NCBI GenBank assembly: GCA_032718475.1
Contig: JAUCBJ010001728.1
Location: forward strand, 62,001 to 126,000
Direction: 5' to 3'
From: Nemertoderma westbladi
Lineage: Eukaryota; Animalia; Xenacoelomorpha
DNA: 64,000 nucleotides
This document shows, one piece after another, positions 49,601-64,000 of this stretch (positions within the stretch are counted from its first letter, which is position 1; each line of letters opens with the position of its first letter). A program made the position numbers and the translations under genes. The notes beneath the pieces are model-generated. The model worked only from the letters and a program-made list of their open reading frames with translations, was not told the origin of the DNA and searched no databases.

Positions 49601-52600
49601 GCTGGACCCCCTCACACACAGAAACTTGTTGCTGGAGTCCTCACACACATAAACTTGTTGCTGAACCCCCTCACACACAGAAACTTGTTGCTGAACCCCC
49701 TCACACACTGAAACTTGTTACAGGACCCCCTCACACACAGAAACTTGTTGCTGGACCCCCTCACACACAGAAACTTGTTGCTGGAGTCCTCACACACAGA
49801 AACTTGTTGCTGGACCCCCTCACACACAGAAACTTGTTGCTGGAGTCCCTCACACACATAAACTTGTTACTGGACCCCCTCACACACAGAAACTTGTTGC
49901 TGAACCCCCTCACACACTGAAACTTGTTGCTGAACCCCCTCACACACATACACCTGTTGCTGAACCCCCTCACACACTGAAACTTGTTGCTGGAGTCCTC
50001 ACACACATAAACTTGTTGCTGGACCCCCTCACAAACAGAAACTTGTTGCTGAACCCCCTCACACACAGAAACTTGTTGCTGAACCCCCTCACACACAGAA
50101 ACTTGTTACAGGACCCCCTCACACACAGAAACTTGTTGCTGGACCCCTCACACACAGAAACTTGTTGCTGGACCCCCTCACACACAGAAACTTGTTGCTG
50201 AATCCCCTCACACACTGAAACTTGTTGCTGAACCCCCTCACACACATAAACTTGTTGCTGGACCCCCTCACACACAGAAACTTGTTGCTGGAGTCCTCAC
50301 ACACAGAAACTTGTTGCTGGACCCCCTCACACACAGAAACTTGTTGCTGGACCCCCTCACACACATAAACTTGTTGCTGGACCCCCTCACACACAGAAAC
50401 TTGTTGCTGGACCCCCTCACACACAGAAACTTGTTGCTGAACCCCCTCACACACATAAACTTGTTGCTGAACCCCCTCACACACATAAACTTGTTGCTGG
50501 ACCCCCTCACACACAGAAACTTGTTGCTGGACCCCCTCACACACAGAAACTTGTTGCTGAACCCCCTCACACACAGAAACTTGTTGCTGGCCCCCCTCAT
50601 ACACAGAAACTTGTTACTGGCCCCCCTCACACACAGAAACTTGTTGCTGGACCCCCTCATACACAGAAACTTGTTGCTGGACCCCCTCATACACAGAAAC
50701 TTGTTACTGGCCCCCCTCACACACAGAAACTTGTTGCTGAACCCCCTCACACACAGAAACTTGTTGCTGGACCCCCTCACACACAGAAACTTGTTACTGA
50801 ACCCCCTCACACACAGAAACTTGTTGCTGGACCCCCTCACACACAGAAACTTGTTGCTGGAGTCCTCACACACAGAAACTTGTTGCTGAACCCCCTCACA
50901 CACAGAAACTTGTTGCTGGACCCCCTCATACACAGAAACTTGTTACTGGCCCCCCTCACACACAGAAACTTGTTGCTGAACCCCCTCACACACAGAAACT
51001 TGTTGCTGGACCCCCTCACACACAGGAGCTTGTTGCTGGAGTCCCTCACAAACAGAAACTTGTTGCTGAACCCCCTCACACACGGAAACTTGTTGCTGGA
51101 CCCCCTCACACACAGAAACTTGTTACAGGACCCCCTCACACACAGAAACTTGTTGCTGAACCCCCTCACACACAGAAACTTGTTGCTGGACCCCCTCACA
51201 CACAGAAACTTGTTGCTGAACCCCCTCACACACAGAAACTTGTTGCTGGACCCCCTCACACACAGAAACTTGTTGCTGAACCCCCTCACACACAGAAACT
51301 TGTTGCTGGACCCCCTCACACACGGAAACTTGTTGCTGGACCCCCTCACACACAGAAACTTGTTGCTGGAGTCCCTCACACACAGAAACTTGTTGCTGAA
51401 CCCCCTCACACACAGAAACTTGTTGCTGGACCCCCTCACACACAGAAACTTGTTGCTGAAACCCCTCACACACAGAAACTTGTTACAGGCCCCCCTCACA
51501 CACAGAAACGTGTTGCTGAACCCCCTCACACACAGAAACCTGTTGCTGAACCCCCTCACACACAGAAACTTGTTGCTGGACCCCCTCACACACAGAAACT
51601 TGTTGCTGAAACCCCTCACACACAGAAACTTGTTACAGGACCCCCTCACACACAGAAACTTGTTGCTGAACCCCCTCAAACACAGAAACTTGTTACAGGA
51701 CCCCCTCACACACAGAAACTTGTTGCTGAACCCCCTCACACACAGAAACCTGTTGCTGAACCCCCTCACACACAGAAACTTGTTGCTGGACCCCCTCACA
51801 CACAGAAACGTGTTGCTGAACCCCCTCACACACAGAAACTTGTTGCTGGACCCCCTCATACACAGAAACTTGTTGCTGGCCCCCCTCACACACAGAAACT
51901 TGTTGCTTCCCCTCACACACAGAAACTTGTTGCTGGACCCCCTCACACACAGAAACTTGTTGCTGGAGTCCCTCACACACAGAAACTTGTTGCTGGAGTC
52001 CCTCACACACAGAAACTTGTTACAGGACCCCCTCACACACAGAAACTTGTTGCTGAACCCCCTCAAACACAGAAACTTGTTACAGGACCCCCTCACACAC
52101 AGAAACTTGTTGCTGAACCCCCTCACACACAGAAACTTGTTGCTGGAGTCCTCACACACCCAAACTTGTTGCTGGACCCCCTCACACACAGAAACTTGTT
52201 GCTGGACCCCTCACACACAGAAACTTGTTGCTGAACCCCCTCACACACAGAAACTTGTTGCTGGACCCTCACACACAGAAACTTGTTGCTGGAGTCCTCA
52301 CACACAGAAACTTGTTACAGGACCCCCTCACACAGAGAAACTTGTTGCTGGACCCCTTCACACACAGAAACTTGTTGCTGGACCCCATCACACACAGAAA
52401 CTTGTTGCTGAACCCCCTCACACACAGAAACTTGTTGCTGAACCCCCTCACACACAGAAACTTGTTGCTGGACCCCCTCACACACAGAAACTTGTTGCTG
52501 GAGTCCTCACACACAGAAACTTGTTGCTGGACCCCCTCACACACAGAAACTTGTTGCTGGACCCCCTCACACACAGAAACTTGTTGCTGGAGTCCCTCAC

Positions 52601-55600
52601 ACACATAAACTTGTTACTGGACCCCCTCACACACAGAAACTTGTTGCTGAACCCCCTCACACACTGAAACTTGTTGCTGAACCCCCTCACACACATAAAC
52701 TTGTTGCTGAACCCCCTCACACACATAAACTTGTTGCTGAACACCCTCACACACAGAAACTAGTTTCTGGAGTCCCTCACACACAGAAACTTGTTACTGG
52801 ACCCCCTCACACACAGAAACTTGTTGCTGGACCCCATCACACACAGAAACTTGTTGCTGAACCCCCTCACACACAGAAACTTGTTGCTGAACCCCCTCAC
52901 ACACAGAAACTTGTTGCTGAACCCCCTCACACACAGAAACTTGTTGCTGGACCCCCTCACACACAGAAACTTGTTGCTGGAGTCCTCACACACAGAAACT
53001 TGTTGCTGGACCCCCTCACACACAGAAACTTGTTGCTGGAGTCCCTCACACACATAAACTTGTTACTGGACCCCCTCACACACAGAAACTTGTTGCTGAA
53101 CCCCCTCACACACTGAAACTTGTTGCTGGAGTCCCTCACACACATAAACTTGTTGCTGAACCCCCTCACACACATAAACTTGTTGCTGAACCCCCTCACA
53201 CACTGAAACTTGTTGCTGGAGTCCTCACACACATAAACTTGTTGCTGGACCCCCTCACAAACAGAAACTTGTTGCTGAACCCCCTCACACACAGAAACTT
53301 GTTGCTGAACCCCCTCACACACAGAAACTTGTTACAGGACCCCCTCACACACAGAAACTTGTTGCTGGACCCCTCACACACAGAAACTTGTTGCTGGACC
53401 CCCTCACACACAGAAACTTGTTGCTGAATCCCCTCACACACTGAAACTTGTTGCTGAACCCCCTCACACACATAAACTTGTTGCTGGACCCCCTCACACA
53501 CAGAAACTTGTTGCTGGAGTCCTCACACACAGAAACTTGTTGCTGGACCCCCTCACACACAGAAACTTGTTGCTGGACCCCCTCACACACATAAACTTGT
53601 TGCTGGACCCCCTCACACACAGAAACTTGTTGCTGGACCCCCTCACACACAGAAACTTGTTGCTGAACCCCCTCACACACAGAAACTTGTTGCTGAACCC
53701 CCTCACACGCATAAACTTGTTGCTGGACCCCCTCACACACAGAAACTTGTTGCTGGACCCCCTCATACACCAGAAACTTGTTGCTGGACCCCCTCATACA
53801 CAGAAACTTGTTACTGGCCCCCCTCACACACAGAAACTTGTTGCTGAACCCCCTCACACACAGAAACTTGTTGCTGGACCCCCTCACACACAGAAACTTG
53901 TTGCTGGACCCCTCACACACAGAAACTTGTTGCTGAACCCCCTCACACACAGAAACTTGTTACAGGACCCCCTCACACACAGAAACTTGTTGCTGGACCC
54001 CTCACACACAGAAACTTGTTGCTGGACCCCCTCACACACAGAAACTTGTTGCTGAATCCCCTCACACACTGAAACTTGTTGCTGAACCCCCTCACACACA
54101 TAAACTTGTTGCTGGACCCCCTCACACACAGAAACTTGTTGCTGGAGTCCTCACACACAGAAACTTGTTGCTGGACCCCCTCACACACAGAAACTTGTTG
54201 CTGGACCCCCTCACACACATAAACTTGTTGCTGGACCCCCTCACACACAGAAACTTGTTGCTGGACCCCCTCACACACAGAAACTTGTTGCTGAACCCCC
54301 TCACACACATAAACTTGTTGCTGAACCCCCTCACACACATAAACTTGTTGCTGGACCCCCTCACACACAGAAACTTGTTGCTGGACCCCCTCACACACAG
54401 AAACTTGTTGCTGAACCCCCTCACACACAGAAACTTGTTGCTGGCCCCCCTCATACACAGAAACTTGTTACTGGCCCCCCTCACACACAGAAACTTGTTG
54501 CTGGACCCCCTCATACACAGAAACTTGTTGCTGGACCCCCTCATACACAGAAACTTGTTACTGAACCCCCTCACACACAGAAACTTGTTGCTGGACCCCC
54601 TCACACACAGAAACTTGTTGCTGGAGTCCTCACACACAGAAACTTGTTGCTGAACCCCCTCACACACAGAAACTTGTTGCTGGACCCCCTCATACACAGA
54701 AACTTGTTACTGGCCCCCCTCACACACAGAAACTTGTTGCTGAACCCCCTCACACACAGAAACTTGTTGCTGGACCCCCTCACACACAGGAGCTTGTTGC
54801 TGGAGTCCCTCACAAACAGAAACTTGTTGCTGAACCCCCTCACACACGGAAACTTGTTGCTGGACCCCCTCACACACAGAAACTTGTTACAGGACCCCCT
54901 CACACACAGAAACTTGTTGCTGAACCCCCTCACACACAGAAACTTGTTGCTGGACCCCCTCACACACAGAAACTTGTTGCTGAACCCCCTCACACACAGA
55001 AACTTGTTGCTGGACCCCCTCACACACAGAAACTTGTTGCTGAACCCCCTCACACACAGAAACTTGTTGCTGGACCCCCTCACACACGGAAACTTGTTGC
55101 TGGACCCCCTCACACACAGAAACTTGTTGCTGGAGTCCCTCACACACAGAAACTTGTTGCTGAACCCCCTCACACACAGAAACTTGTTGCTGGACCCCCT
55201 CACACACAGAAACTTGTTGCTGAAACCCCTCACACACAGAAACTTGTTACTGGCCCCCCTCACACACAGAAACGTGTTGCTGAACCCCCTCACACACAGA
55301 AACCTGTTGCTGGACCCCCTCATACACAGAAACTTGTTGCTGGCCCCCCTCACACACAGAAACTTGTTGCTTCCCCTCACACACAGAAACTTGTTGCTGG
55401 ACCCCCTCACACACAGAAACTTGTTGCTGGAGTCCCTCACACACAGAAACTTGTTGCTGGAGTCCCTCACACACAGAAACTTGTTACAGGACCCCCTCAC
55501 ACACAGAAACTTGTTGCTGAACCCCCTCACACACAGAAACTTGTTACAGGACCCCCTCACACACAGAAACTTGTTGCTGAACCCCCTCACACACAGAAAC

Positions 55601-58600
55601 TTGTTGCTGGAGTCCTCACACACCCAAACTTGTTGCTGGACCCCATCACACACAGAAACTTGTTGCTGGACCCCTCACACACAGAAACTTGTTGCTGAAC
55701 CCCCTCACACACAGAAACTTGTTGCTGGACCCTCACACACAGAAACTTGTTGCTGGAGTCCTCACACACAGAAACTTGTTACAGGACCCCCTCACACAGA
55801 GAAACTTGTTGCTGGACCCCTTCACACACAGAAACTTGTTGCTGGACCCCATCACACACAGAAACTTGTTGCTGAACCCCCTCACACACAGAAACTTGTT
55901 GCTGAACCCCCTCACACACAGAAACTTGTTGCTGGACCCCCTCACACACAGAAACTTGTTGCTGGAGTCCTCACACACAGAAACTTGTTGCTGGACCCCC
56001 TCACACACAGAAACTTGTTGCTGGACCCCCTCACACACAGAAACTTGTTGCTGGAGTCCCTCACACACATAAACTTGTTACTGGACCCCCTCACACACAG
56101 AAACTTGTTGCTGAACCCCCTCACACACTGAAACTTGTTGCTGAACCCCCTCACACACATAAACTTGTTGCTGAACCCCCTCACACACATAAACTTGTTG
56201 CTGAACACCCTCACACACAGAAACTAGTTTCTGGAGTCCCTCACACACAGAAACTTGTTACTGGACCCCCTCACACACAGAAACTTGTTGCTGGACCCCA
56301 TCACACACAGAAACTTGTTGCTGAACCCCCTCACACACAGAAACTTGTTGCTGAACCCCCTCACACACAGAAACTTGTTGCTGAACCCCCTCACACACAG
56401 AAACTTGTTGCTGGACCCCCTCACACACAGAAACTTGTTGCTGAACCCCCTCACACACAGAAACTTGTTGCTGGAGTCCTCACACACAGAAACTTGTTGC
56501 TGGACCCCCTCACACACAGAAACTTGTTGCTGGAGTCCCTCACACACATAAACTTGTTACTGGACCCCCTCACACACATAAACTTGTTGCTGAACCCCCT
56601 CACACACTGAAACTTGTTGCTGGAGTCCCTCACACACATAAACTTGTTGCTGAACCCCCTCACACACATAAACTTGTTGCTGAACCCCCTCACACACTGA
56701 AACTTGTTGCTGGAGTCCTCACACACATAAACTTGTTGCTGGACCCCCTCACAAACAGAAACTTGTTGCTGAACCCCCTCACACACAGAAACTTGTTGCT
56801 GAACCCCCTCACACACAGAAACTTGTTACAGGACCCCCTCACACACAGAAACTTGTTGCTGGACCCCTCACACACAGAAACTTGTTGCTGGACCCCCTCA
56901 CACACAGAAACTTGTTGCTGAATCCCCTCACACACTGAAACTTGTTGCTGAACCCCCTCACACACATAAACTTGTTGCTGGACCCCCTCACACACAGAAA
57001 CTTGTTGCTGGAGTCCTCACACACAGAAACTTGTTGCTGGACCCCCTCACACACAGAAACTTGTTGCTGGACCCCCTCACACACATAAACTTGTTGCTGG
57101 ACCCCCTCACACACAGAAACTTGTTGCTGGACCCCCTCACACACAGAAACTTGTTGCTGAACCCCCTCACACACAGAAACTTGTTGCTGAACCCCCTCAC
57201 ACGCATAAACTTGTTGCTGGACCCCCTCACACACAGAAACTTGTTGCTGGACCTACACAGAAACTTGTTGCTGGACCCCCTCATACACAGAAACTTGTTA
57301 CTGGCCCCCCTCACACACAGAAACTTGTTGCTGAACCCCCTCACACACAGAAACTTGTTGCTGGACCCCCTCACACACAGAAACTTGTTGCTGGACCCCT
57401 CACACACAGAAACTTGTTGCTGGACCCCCTCACACACAGAAACTTGTTGCTGGAGTCCCTCACACACAGAAACTTGTTGCTGGAGTCCCTCACACACAGA
57501 AACTTGTTACAGGACCCCCTCACACACAGAAACTTGTTGCTGAACCCCCTCACACACAGAAACTTGTTACAGGACCCCCTCACACACAGAAACTTGTTGC
57601 TGAACCCCCTCACACACAGAAACTTGTTGCTGGAGTCCCTCACACACAGAAACTTGTTGCTGAACCCCCTCACACACAGAAACTTGTTGCTGGACCCCCT
57701 CACACACAGAAACTTGTTGCTGAACCCCCTCACACACAGACACTTGTTGCTGAACCCCCACACACACAGAAACTTGTTGCTGGACCCCCTCACACACAGA
57801 AACTTGTTGCTGGACCCCCTCACACACAGAAACTTGTTGCTGGAGTCCCTCACACACAGAAACTTGTTGCTGGAGTCCCTCACACACAGAAACTTGTTAC
57901 AGGACCCCCTCACACACAGAAACTTGTTGCTGAACCCCCTCACACACAGAAACTTGTTACAGGACCCCCTCACACACAGAAACTTGTTGCTGAACCCCCT
58001 CACACACAGAAACTTGTTGCTGGAGTCCCTCACACACAGAAACTTGTTGCTGAACCCCCTCACACACAGAAACTTGTTGCTGGAGTCCTCACACACAGAA
58101 ACTTGTTGCTGAACCCCCTCACACACAGAAACTTGTTGCTGGAGTCCCTCACACACAGAAACTTGTTGCTGAACCCCCTCACACACAGAAACTTGTTGCT
58201 GGAGTCCTCACACACATAAACTTGTTGCTGGCCCCCCTCACACACAGAAACTTGTTGCTTCCCCTCACACACAGAAACTTGTTGCTGGACCACCTCACAC
58301 ACAGAAACTTGTTGCTGGAGTCCCTCACACACATAAACTTGTTACTGGACCCCCTCACACACAGAAACTTGTTGCTGAACCCCCTCACACACTGAAACTT
58401 GTTGCTGAACCCCCTCACACACATAAACTTGTTGCTGAACCCCCTCACACACATAAACTTGTTGCTGAACCCCCTCACACACAGAAACTTGTTGCTGAAC
58501 CCCCTCACACACAGAAACTTGTTGCTGGACCCCCTCACACACAGAAACTTGTTGCTGGAGTCCTCACACACAGAAACTTGTTGCTGGACCCCCTCACACA

Positions 58601-61600
58601 CAGAAACTTGTTGCTGGAGTCCTCACACACATAAACTTGTTGCTGAACCCCCTCACACACAGAAACTTGTTGCTGGAGTCCTCACACACATAAACTTGTT
58701 GCTGAACCCCCTCACACACATAAACTTGTTGCTGAACCCCCTCACACACAGAAACTTGTTGCTGGACCCCCTCACACACAGAAACTTGTTGCTGAACCCC
58801 CTCACACACAGAAACTTGTTGCTGGACCCCCTCACACACAGAAACTTGTTGCTGGACCCCCTCACACACAGAAACTTGTTGCTGGAGTCCTCACACACAT
58901 AAACTTGTTGCTGAACCCCCTCACACACAGAAACTTGTTGCTGGAGTCCTCACACACATAAACTTGTTGCTGAACCCCCTCACACACAGAAACTTGTTGC
59001 TGGACCCCCTCACACACAGAAACTTGTTGCTGGAGTCCTCACACACATAAACTTGTTGCTGAACCCCCTCACACACAGAAACTTGTTGCTGGACCCCCTC
59101 ACACACAGAAACTTGTTGCTGGAGTCCTCACACACATAAACTTGTTGCTGAACCCCCTCACACACAGAAACTTGTTGCTGAACCCCCTCACACACTGAAA
59201 CTTGTTACAGGACCCCCTCACACACAGAAACTTGTTGCTGGACCCCCTCACACACAGAAACTTGTTGCTGGAGTCCTCACACACAGAAACTTGTTGCTGG
59301 ACCCCCTCACACACAGAAACTTGTTGCTGGAGTCCCTCACACACATAAACTTGTTACTGGACCCCCTCACACACAGAAACTTGTTGCTGAACCCCCTCAC
59401 ACACTGAAACTTGTTGCTGAACCCCCTCACACACATACACCTGTTGCTGAACCCCCTCACACACTGAAACTTGTTGCTGGAGTCCTCACACACATAAACT
59501 TGTTGCTGGACCCCCTCACAAACAGAAACTTGTTGCTGAACCCCCTCACACACAGAAACTTGTTGCTGAACCCCCTCACACACAGAAACTTGTTACAGGA
59601 CCCCCTCACACACAGAAACTTGTTGCTGGACCCCTCACACACAGAAACTTGTTGCTGGACCCCCTCACACACAGAAACTTGTTGCTGAATCCCCTCACAC
59701 ACTGAAACTTGTTGCTGAACCCCCTCACACACATAAACTTGTTGCTGGACCCCCTCACACACAGAAACTTGTTGCTGGAGTCCTCACACACAGAAACTTG
59801 TTGCTGGACCCCCTCACACACAGAAACTTGTTGCTGGACCCCCTCACACACATAAACTTGTTGCTGGACCCCCTCACACACAGAAACTTGTTGCTGGACC
59901 CCCTCACACACAGAAACTTGTTGCTGAACCCCCTCACACACATAAACTTGTTGCTGAACCCCCTCACACACATAAACTTGTTGCTGGACCCCCTCACACA
60001 CAGAAACTTGTTGCTGGACCCCCTCACACACAGAAACTTGTTGCTGAACCCCCTCACACACAGAAACTTGTTGCTGGCCCCCCTCATACACAGAAACTTG
60101 TTACTGGCCCCCCTCACACACAGAAACTTGTTGCTGGACCCCCTCATACACAGAAACTTGTTGCTGGACCCCCTCATACACAGAAACTTGTTACTGGCCC
60201 CCCTCACACACAGAAACTTGTTGCTGAACCCCCTCACACACAGAAACTTGTTGCTGGACCCCCTCACACACAGAAACTTGTTGCTGAACCCCCTCACACA
60301 CAGAAACTTGTTGCTGGACCCCCTCACACACAGAAACTTGTTGCTGGAGTCCTCACACACAGAAACTTGTTGCTGAACCCCCTCACACACAGAAACTTGT
60401 TGCTGGACCCCCTCATACACAGAAACTTGTTACTGGCCCCCCTCACACACAGAAACTTGTTGCTGAACCCCCTCACACACAGAAACTTGTTGCTGGACCC
60501 CCTCACACACAGGAGCTTGTTGCTGGAGTCCCTCACAAACAGAAACTTGTTGCTGAACCCCCTCACACACGGAAACTTGTTGCTGGACCCCCTCACACAC
60601 AGAAACTTGTTACAGGACCCCCTCACACACAGAAACTTGTTGCTGAACCCCCTCACACACAGAAACTTGTTGCTGGACCCCCTCACACACAGAAACTTGT
60701 TGCTGAACCCCCTCACACACAGAAACTTGTTGCTGGACCCCCTCACACACAGAAACTTGTTGCTGAACCCCCTCACACACAGAAACTTGTTGCTGGACCC
60801 CCTCACACACGGAAACTTGTTGCTGGACCCCCTCACACACAGAAACTTGTTGCTGGAGTCCCTCACACACAGAAACTTGTTGCTGAACCCCCTCACACAC
60901 AGAAACTTGTTGCTGGACCCCCTCACACACAGAAACTTGTTGCTGAAACCCCTCACACACAGAAACTTGTTACTGGCCCCCCTCACACACAGAAACGTGT
61001 TGCTGAACCCCCTCACACACAGAAACCTGTTGCTGGACCCCCTCATACACAGAAACTTGTTGCTGGCCCCCCTCACACACAGAAACTTGTTGCTTCCCCT
61101 CACACACAGAAACTTGTTGCTGGACCCCCTCACACACAGAAACTTGTTGCTGGAGTCCCTCACACACAGAAACTTGTTGCTGGAGTCCCTCACACACAGA
61201 AACTTGTTACAGGACCCCCTCACACACAGAAACTTGTTGCTGAACCCCCTCACACACAGAAACTTGTTACAGGACCCCCTCACACACAGAAACTTGTTGC
61301 TGAACCCCCTCACACACAGAAACTTGTTGCTGGAGTCCCTCACACACAGAAACTTGTTGCTGAACCCCCTCACACACAGAAACTTGTTGCTGGACCCCCT
61401 CACACACAGAAACTTGTTGCTGAACCCCCTCACACACAGACACTTGTTGCTGAACCCCCACACACACAGAAACTTGTTGCTGGACCCCCTCACACACAGA
61501 AACTTGTTGCTGGACCCCCTCACACACAGAAACTTGTTGCTGGAGTCCCTCACACACAGAAACTTGTTGCTGGAGTCCCTCACACACAGAAACTTGTTAC

Positions 61601-62613
61601 AGGACCCCCTCACACACAGAAACTTGTTGCTGAACCCCCTCACACACAGAAACTTGTTACAGGACCCCCTCACACACAGAAACTTGTTGCTGAACCCCCT
61701 CACACACAGAAACTTGTTGCTGGAGTCCCTCACACACAGAAACTTGTTGCTGAACCCCCTCACACACAGAAACTTGTTGCTGGAGTCCTCACACACAGAA
61801 ACTTGTTGCTGAACCCCCTCACACACAGAAACTTGTTGCTGGAGTCCCTCACACACAGAAACTTGTTGCTGAACCCCCTCACACACAGAAACTTGTTGCT
61901 GGAGTCCTCACACACATAAACTTGTTGCTGAACCCCCTCACACACAGAAACTTGTTGCTGGAGTCCCTCACACACAGAAACTTGTTGCTGAACCCCCTCA
62001 CACACAGAAACTTGTTGCTGGACCCCCTCACACACAGAAACTTGTTACTGGCCCCCCTCACACACAGAAACTTGTTGCTGAACCCCCTCACACACAGAAA
62101 CTTGTTGCTGGACCCCCTCACACACAGAAACTTGTTGCTGAACCCCCTCACACACAGACACTTGTTGCTGAACCCCCACACACACAGAAACTTGTTGCTG
62201 GACCCCCTCACACACAGAAACTTGTTGCTGGAGTCCCTCACACACAGAAACTTGTTGCTGAACCCCCTCACACACAGAAACTTGTTGCTGGACCCCCTCA
62301 CACACAGAAACTTGTTGCTGAAACCCCTCACACACAGAAACTTGTTACTGGCCCCCCTCACACACAGAAACTTGTTGCTGAACCCCCTCACACACAGAAA
62401 CATGTTGCTGGACCCCCTCACACACAGAAACTTGTTGCTGGAGTCCTCACACACAGAAACTTGTTGCTGAACCCCCTCACACACAGAAACAAGTTGCAGC
62501 AACACGTTTGTGTGTTTGGGGGGCTCCATCACCAGCAACAAGTTTCAGAAACAAGTTGCAAAAATAAGTTGCTCCGAGTGGGGGGAGGGGGGTCAGTATG
62601 TCTCTTTGGGCTC
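43698..62613. mobile_element. Possible MITE/foldback element hosting the 30-bp array
   Basis: Outer imperfect inverted repeat (GGAGCCCCTAAAGGGACAT 43698-43716 vs ATGTCTCTTTGGGCTC 62598-62613). Inner perfect 20-bp inverted repeat (43732-43751, 62532-62551). Confidence 0.45.
43737..62490. repeat. 30-bp satellite array (about 625 units) with kb-scale higher-order duplications
   Basis: Unit GAAACTTGTTGCTG(G/A)ACCCCCTCACACACA, with 29-bp GAGTCCT and 27-bp variants. Confidence 0.98.
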
Positions 62614-63245
62614 TCTCTGGGTTAAAATGAGAAAATTAAATTATTCCCAATTTTTAATAAATGGTTGACTTTTACATGTGAATGTTTCAGTCTGTTTACT
62701 TTGTAATTTATGCCCCCAAGTTAGCTAGTGGAATATAATATGCAGCGTCGCACCTTGAACTACACTAATTAATTCTATGTTCAAGTAAATTATTCTAGAA
62801 TTAAATAAATTTATATGATACGAAAGCTTTTAAATTATTACATTGGTTAGTTTCTGTATTTTATACCAATAATGTGATATACCTTATATTGCTGCAAAAT
62901 GTAAATACTAGAGAACACGCAAGAACGGTCGGTGAAGATACTCAAAAAATACAGTTCGTAAAACATTCGTATACAGTATACTGTACAGTGTAGGTCAAAG
63001 TGATATCGTTCAATATGCTCAACCATAGTGGTAGATTTAATAACTGCAGACACTAAACTGACAATAGTTTCTTTCATAAAAATGTAAAAATATAGGCAAC
63101 TTTACTATTTTAATAGGAGTTTTTAAGGAGACTGAACTTTTTATGGAGTCTTCTTTAACTGCAATATTATGACTTAGAAGTTTATTCGGGGTCATCCTCG
63201 TTAAATGGATGATTATTCTCCGAGAATCCCTCCATATCCGACCGT

Positions 63246-63479
63246 GCAGTGTGGTTGACATTGCACGCCTGCCTGTACAGCAGTGTGGTTGACATTGCAC
63301 GCCTGCCTGTACAGCAGTGTGGTTGACATTGCACGCCTGCCTGTACAGCAGTGTGGTTGACATTGCACGCCTGCCTGTACAGCAGTGTGGTTGACATTGC
63401 ACGCCTGCCTGTACAGCAGTGTGGTTGACATTGCACGCCTGCCTGTACAGCAGTGTGGTTGACATTGCACGCCTGCCTG
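63246..63479. repeat. 34-bp minisatellite, about 7 identical copies
   Basis: GCAGTGTGGTTGACATTGCACGCCTGCCTGTACA at 63246, 63280, 63314 ... 63450. Confidence 0.95.
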
Positions 63480-64000
63480 CTACTACTACTACTACTACTA
63501 GGATCGGCATGCTGCATTGCAGCTGCATTTTTAAGAAAGCTGTGCCGGCTTGTCAACAAAATTGCACCGCCACAACTCCCTATCACCCATGACATTTGCT
63601 AGATCATTCGCATCTTTAAGGCCAGTGTCCTTTAAGATGCGTCTCAAGAAAGTCATGGGCTGTCCACCATGCTTATTCACTCCATGAGGCTGCCAAAGTA
63701 CAAGATTATGCACTGGCTGGTCCTCACGGCGAAAGCAATGTCCTGCAAAGCGGAGGCGATTTTGTTCTAGTGTCAAGCTTGGGGGAACCAATGAGACACC
63801 TCCAATGTTATATAGTGTCTGGTTGGAGATGTGTGCATTGTACTTGACACAATGTACCCGGCGTAGCATTCTTGTGAATGTGCCATCCAGAGATTTGGTG
63901 TCCTCAGCAGTTAGAGCCCAGCATGGACTCCCGTAGAGGAGTACTGGAACTACTGCTGCTCTAAATAATCGGACCTTAAGTTTCCGATTAATTCTAGGTG
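63480..64000 (-). mobile_element. RTE-type LINE family B, second copy (3' end), running off the window
   Basis: Reverse complement of about 32246-32758 with few substitutions. (TAG)n tail at 63480-63501. Confidence 0.93.

Noticed and set aside
43725-62541. Many ORFs with LRR-like or Gln-rich decapeptides (LLLDPLTHRN, CEGVQQQVSV)
   Set aside because: These are 30-bp satellite translations, open on both strands and broken at random by 29-bp units.
62614-63245. Next myosin exon (expected QAN.LV..L..C.PHYIRCIKPN)
   Set aside because: No matching translation found here or in 43500-43730. It presumably lies beyond the window.

Overview
Repeat-rich genomic DNA from an invertebrate-type metazoan, not a prokaryote. 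The backbone is missed by the ORF track: three short, phase-compatible + strand exons (17647-17773, 37522-37645, 42050-42128) of a long-tailed class I myosin (MYO1E/F-like) motor domain, so the whole window lies inside this gene. Its introns (>17.6 kb, 19.7 kb, 4.4 kb, >21.8 kb) are filled with five unrelated tandem arrays (41, 35, 25, 30 and 34 bp units), an intact Mag-like Ty3/gypsy element with identical LTRs, a 5'-truncated CRE-like non-LTR element, nested RTE-type LINEs, a tRNA-SINE-like element, and two intronless antisense genes (ACSF2-like acyl-CoA synthetase; FBXO39-like LRR protein). The most striking observation is that the 35-bp satellite is the myosin exon 3' end plus its 5' splice site, amplified about 130 times immediately downstream of the real donor. 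Protein family calls come from recalled motifs, not database searches.
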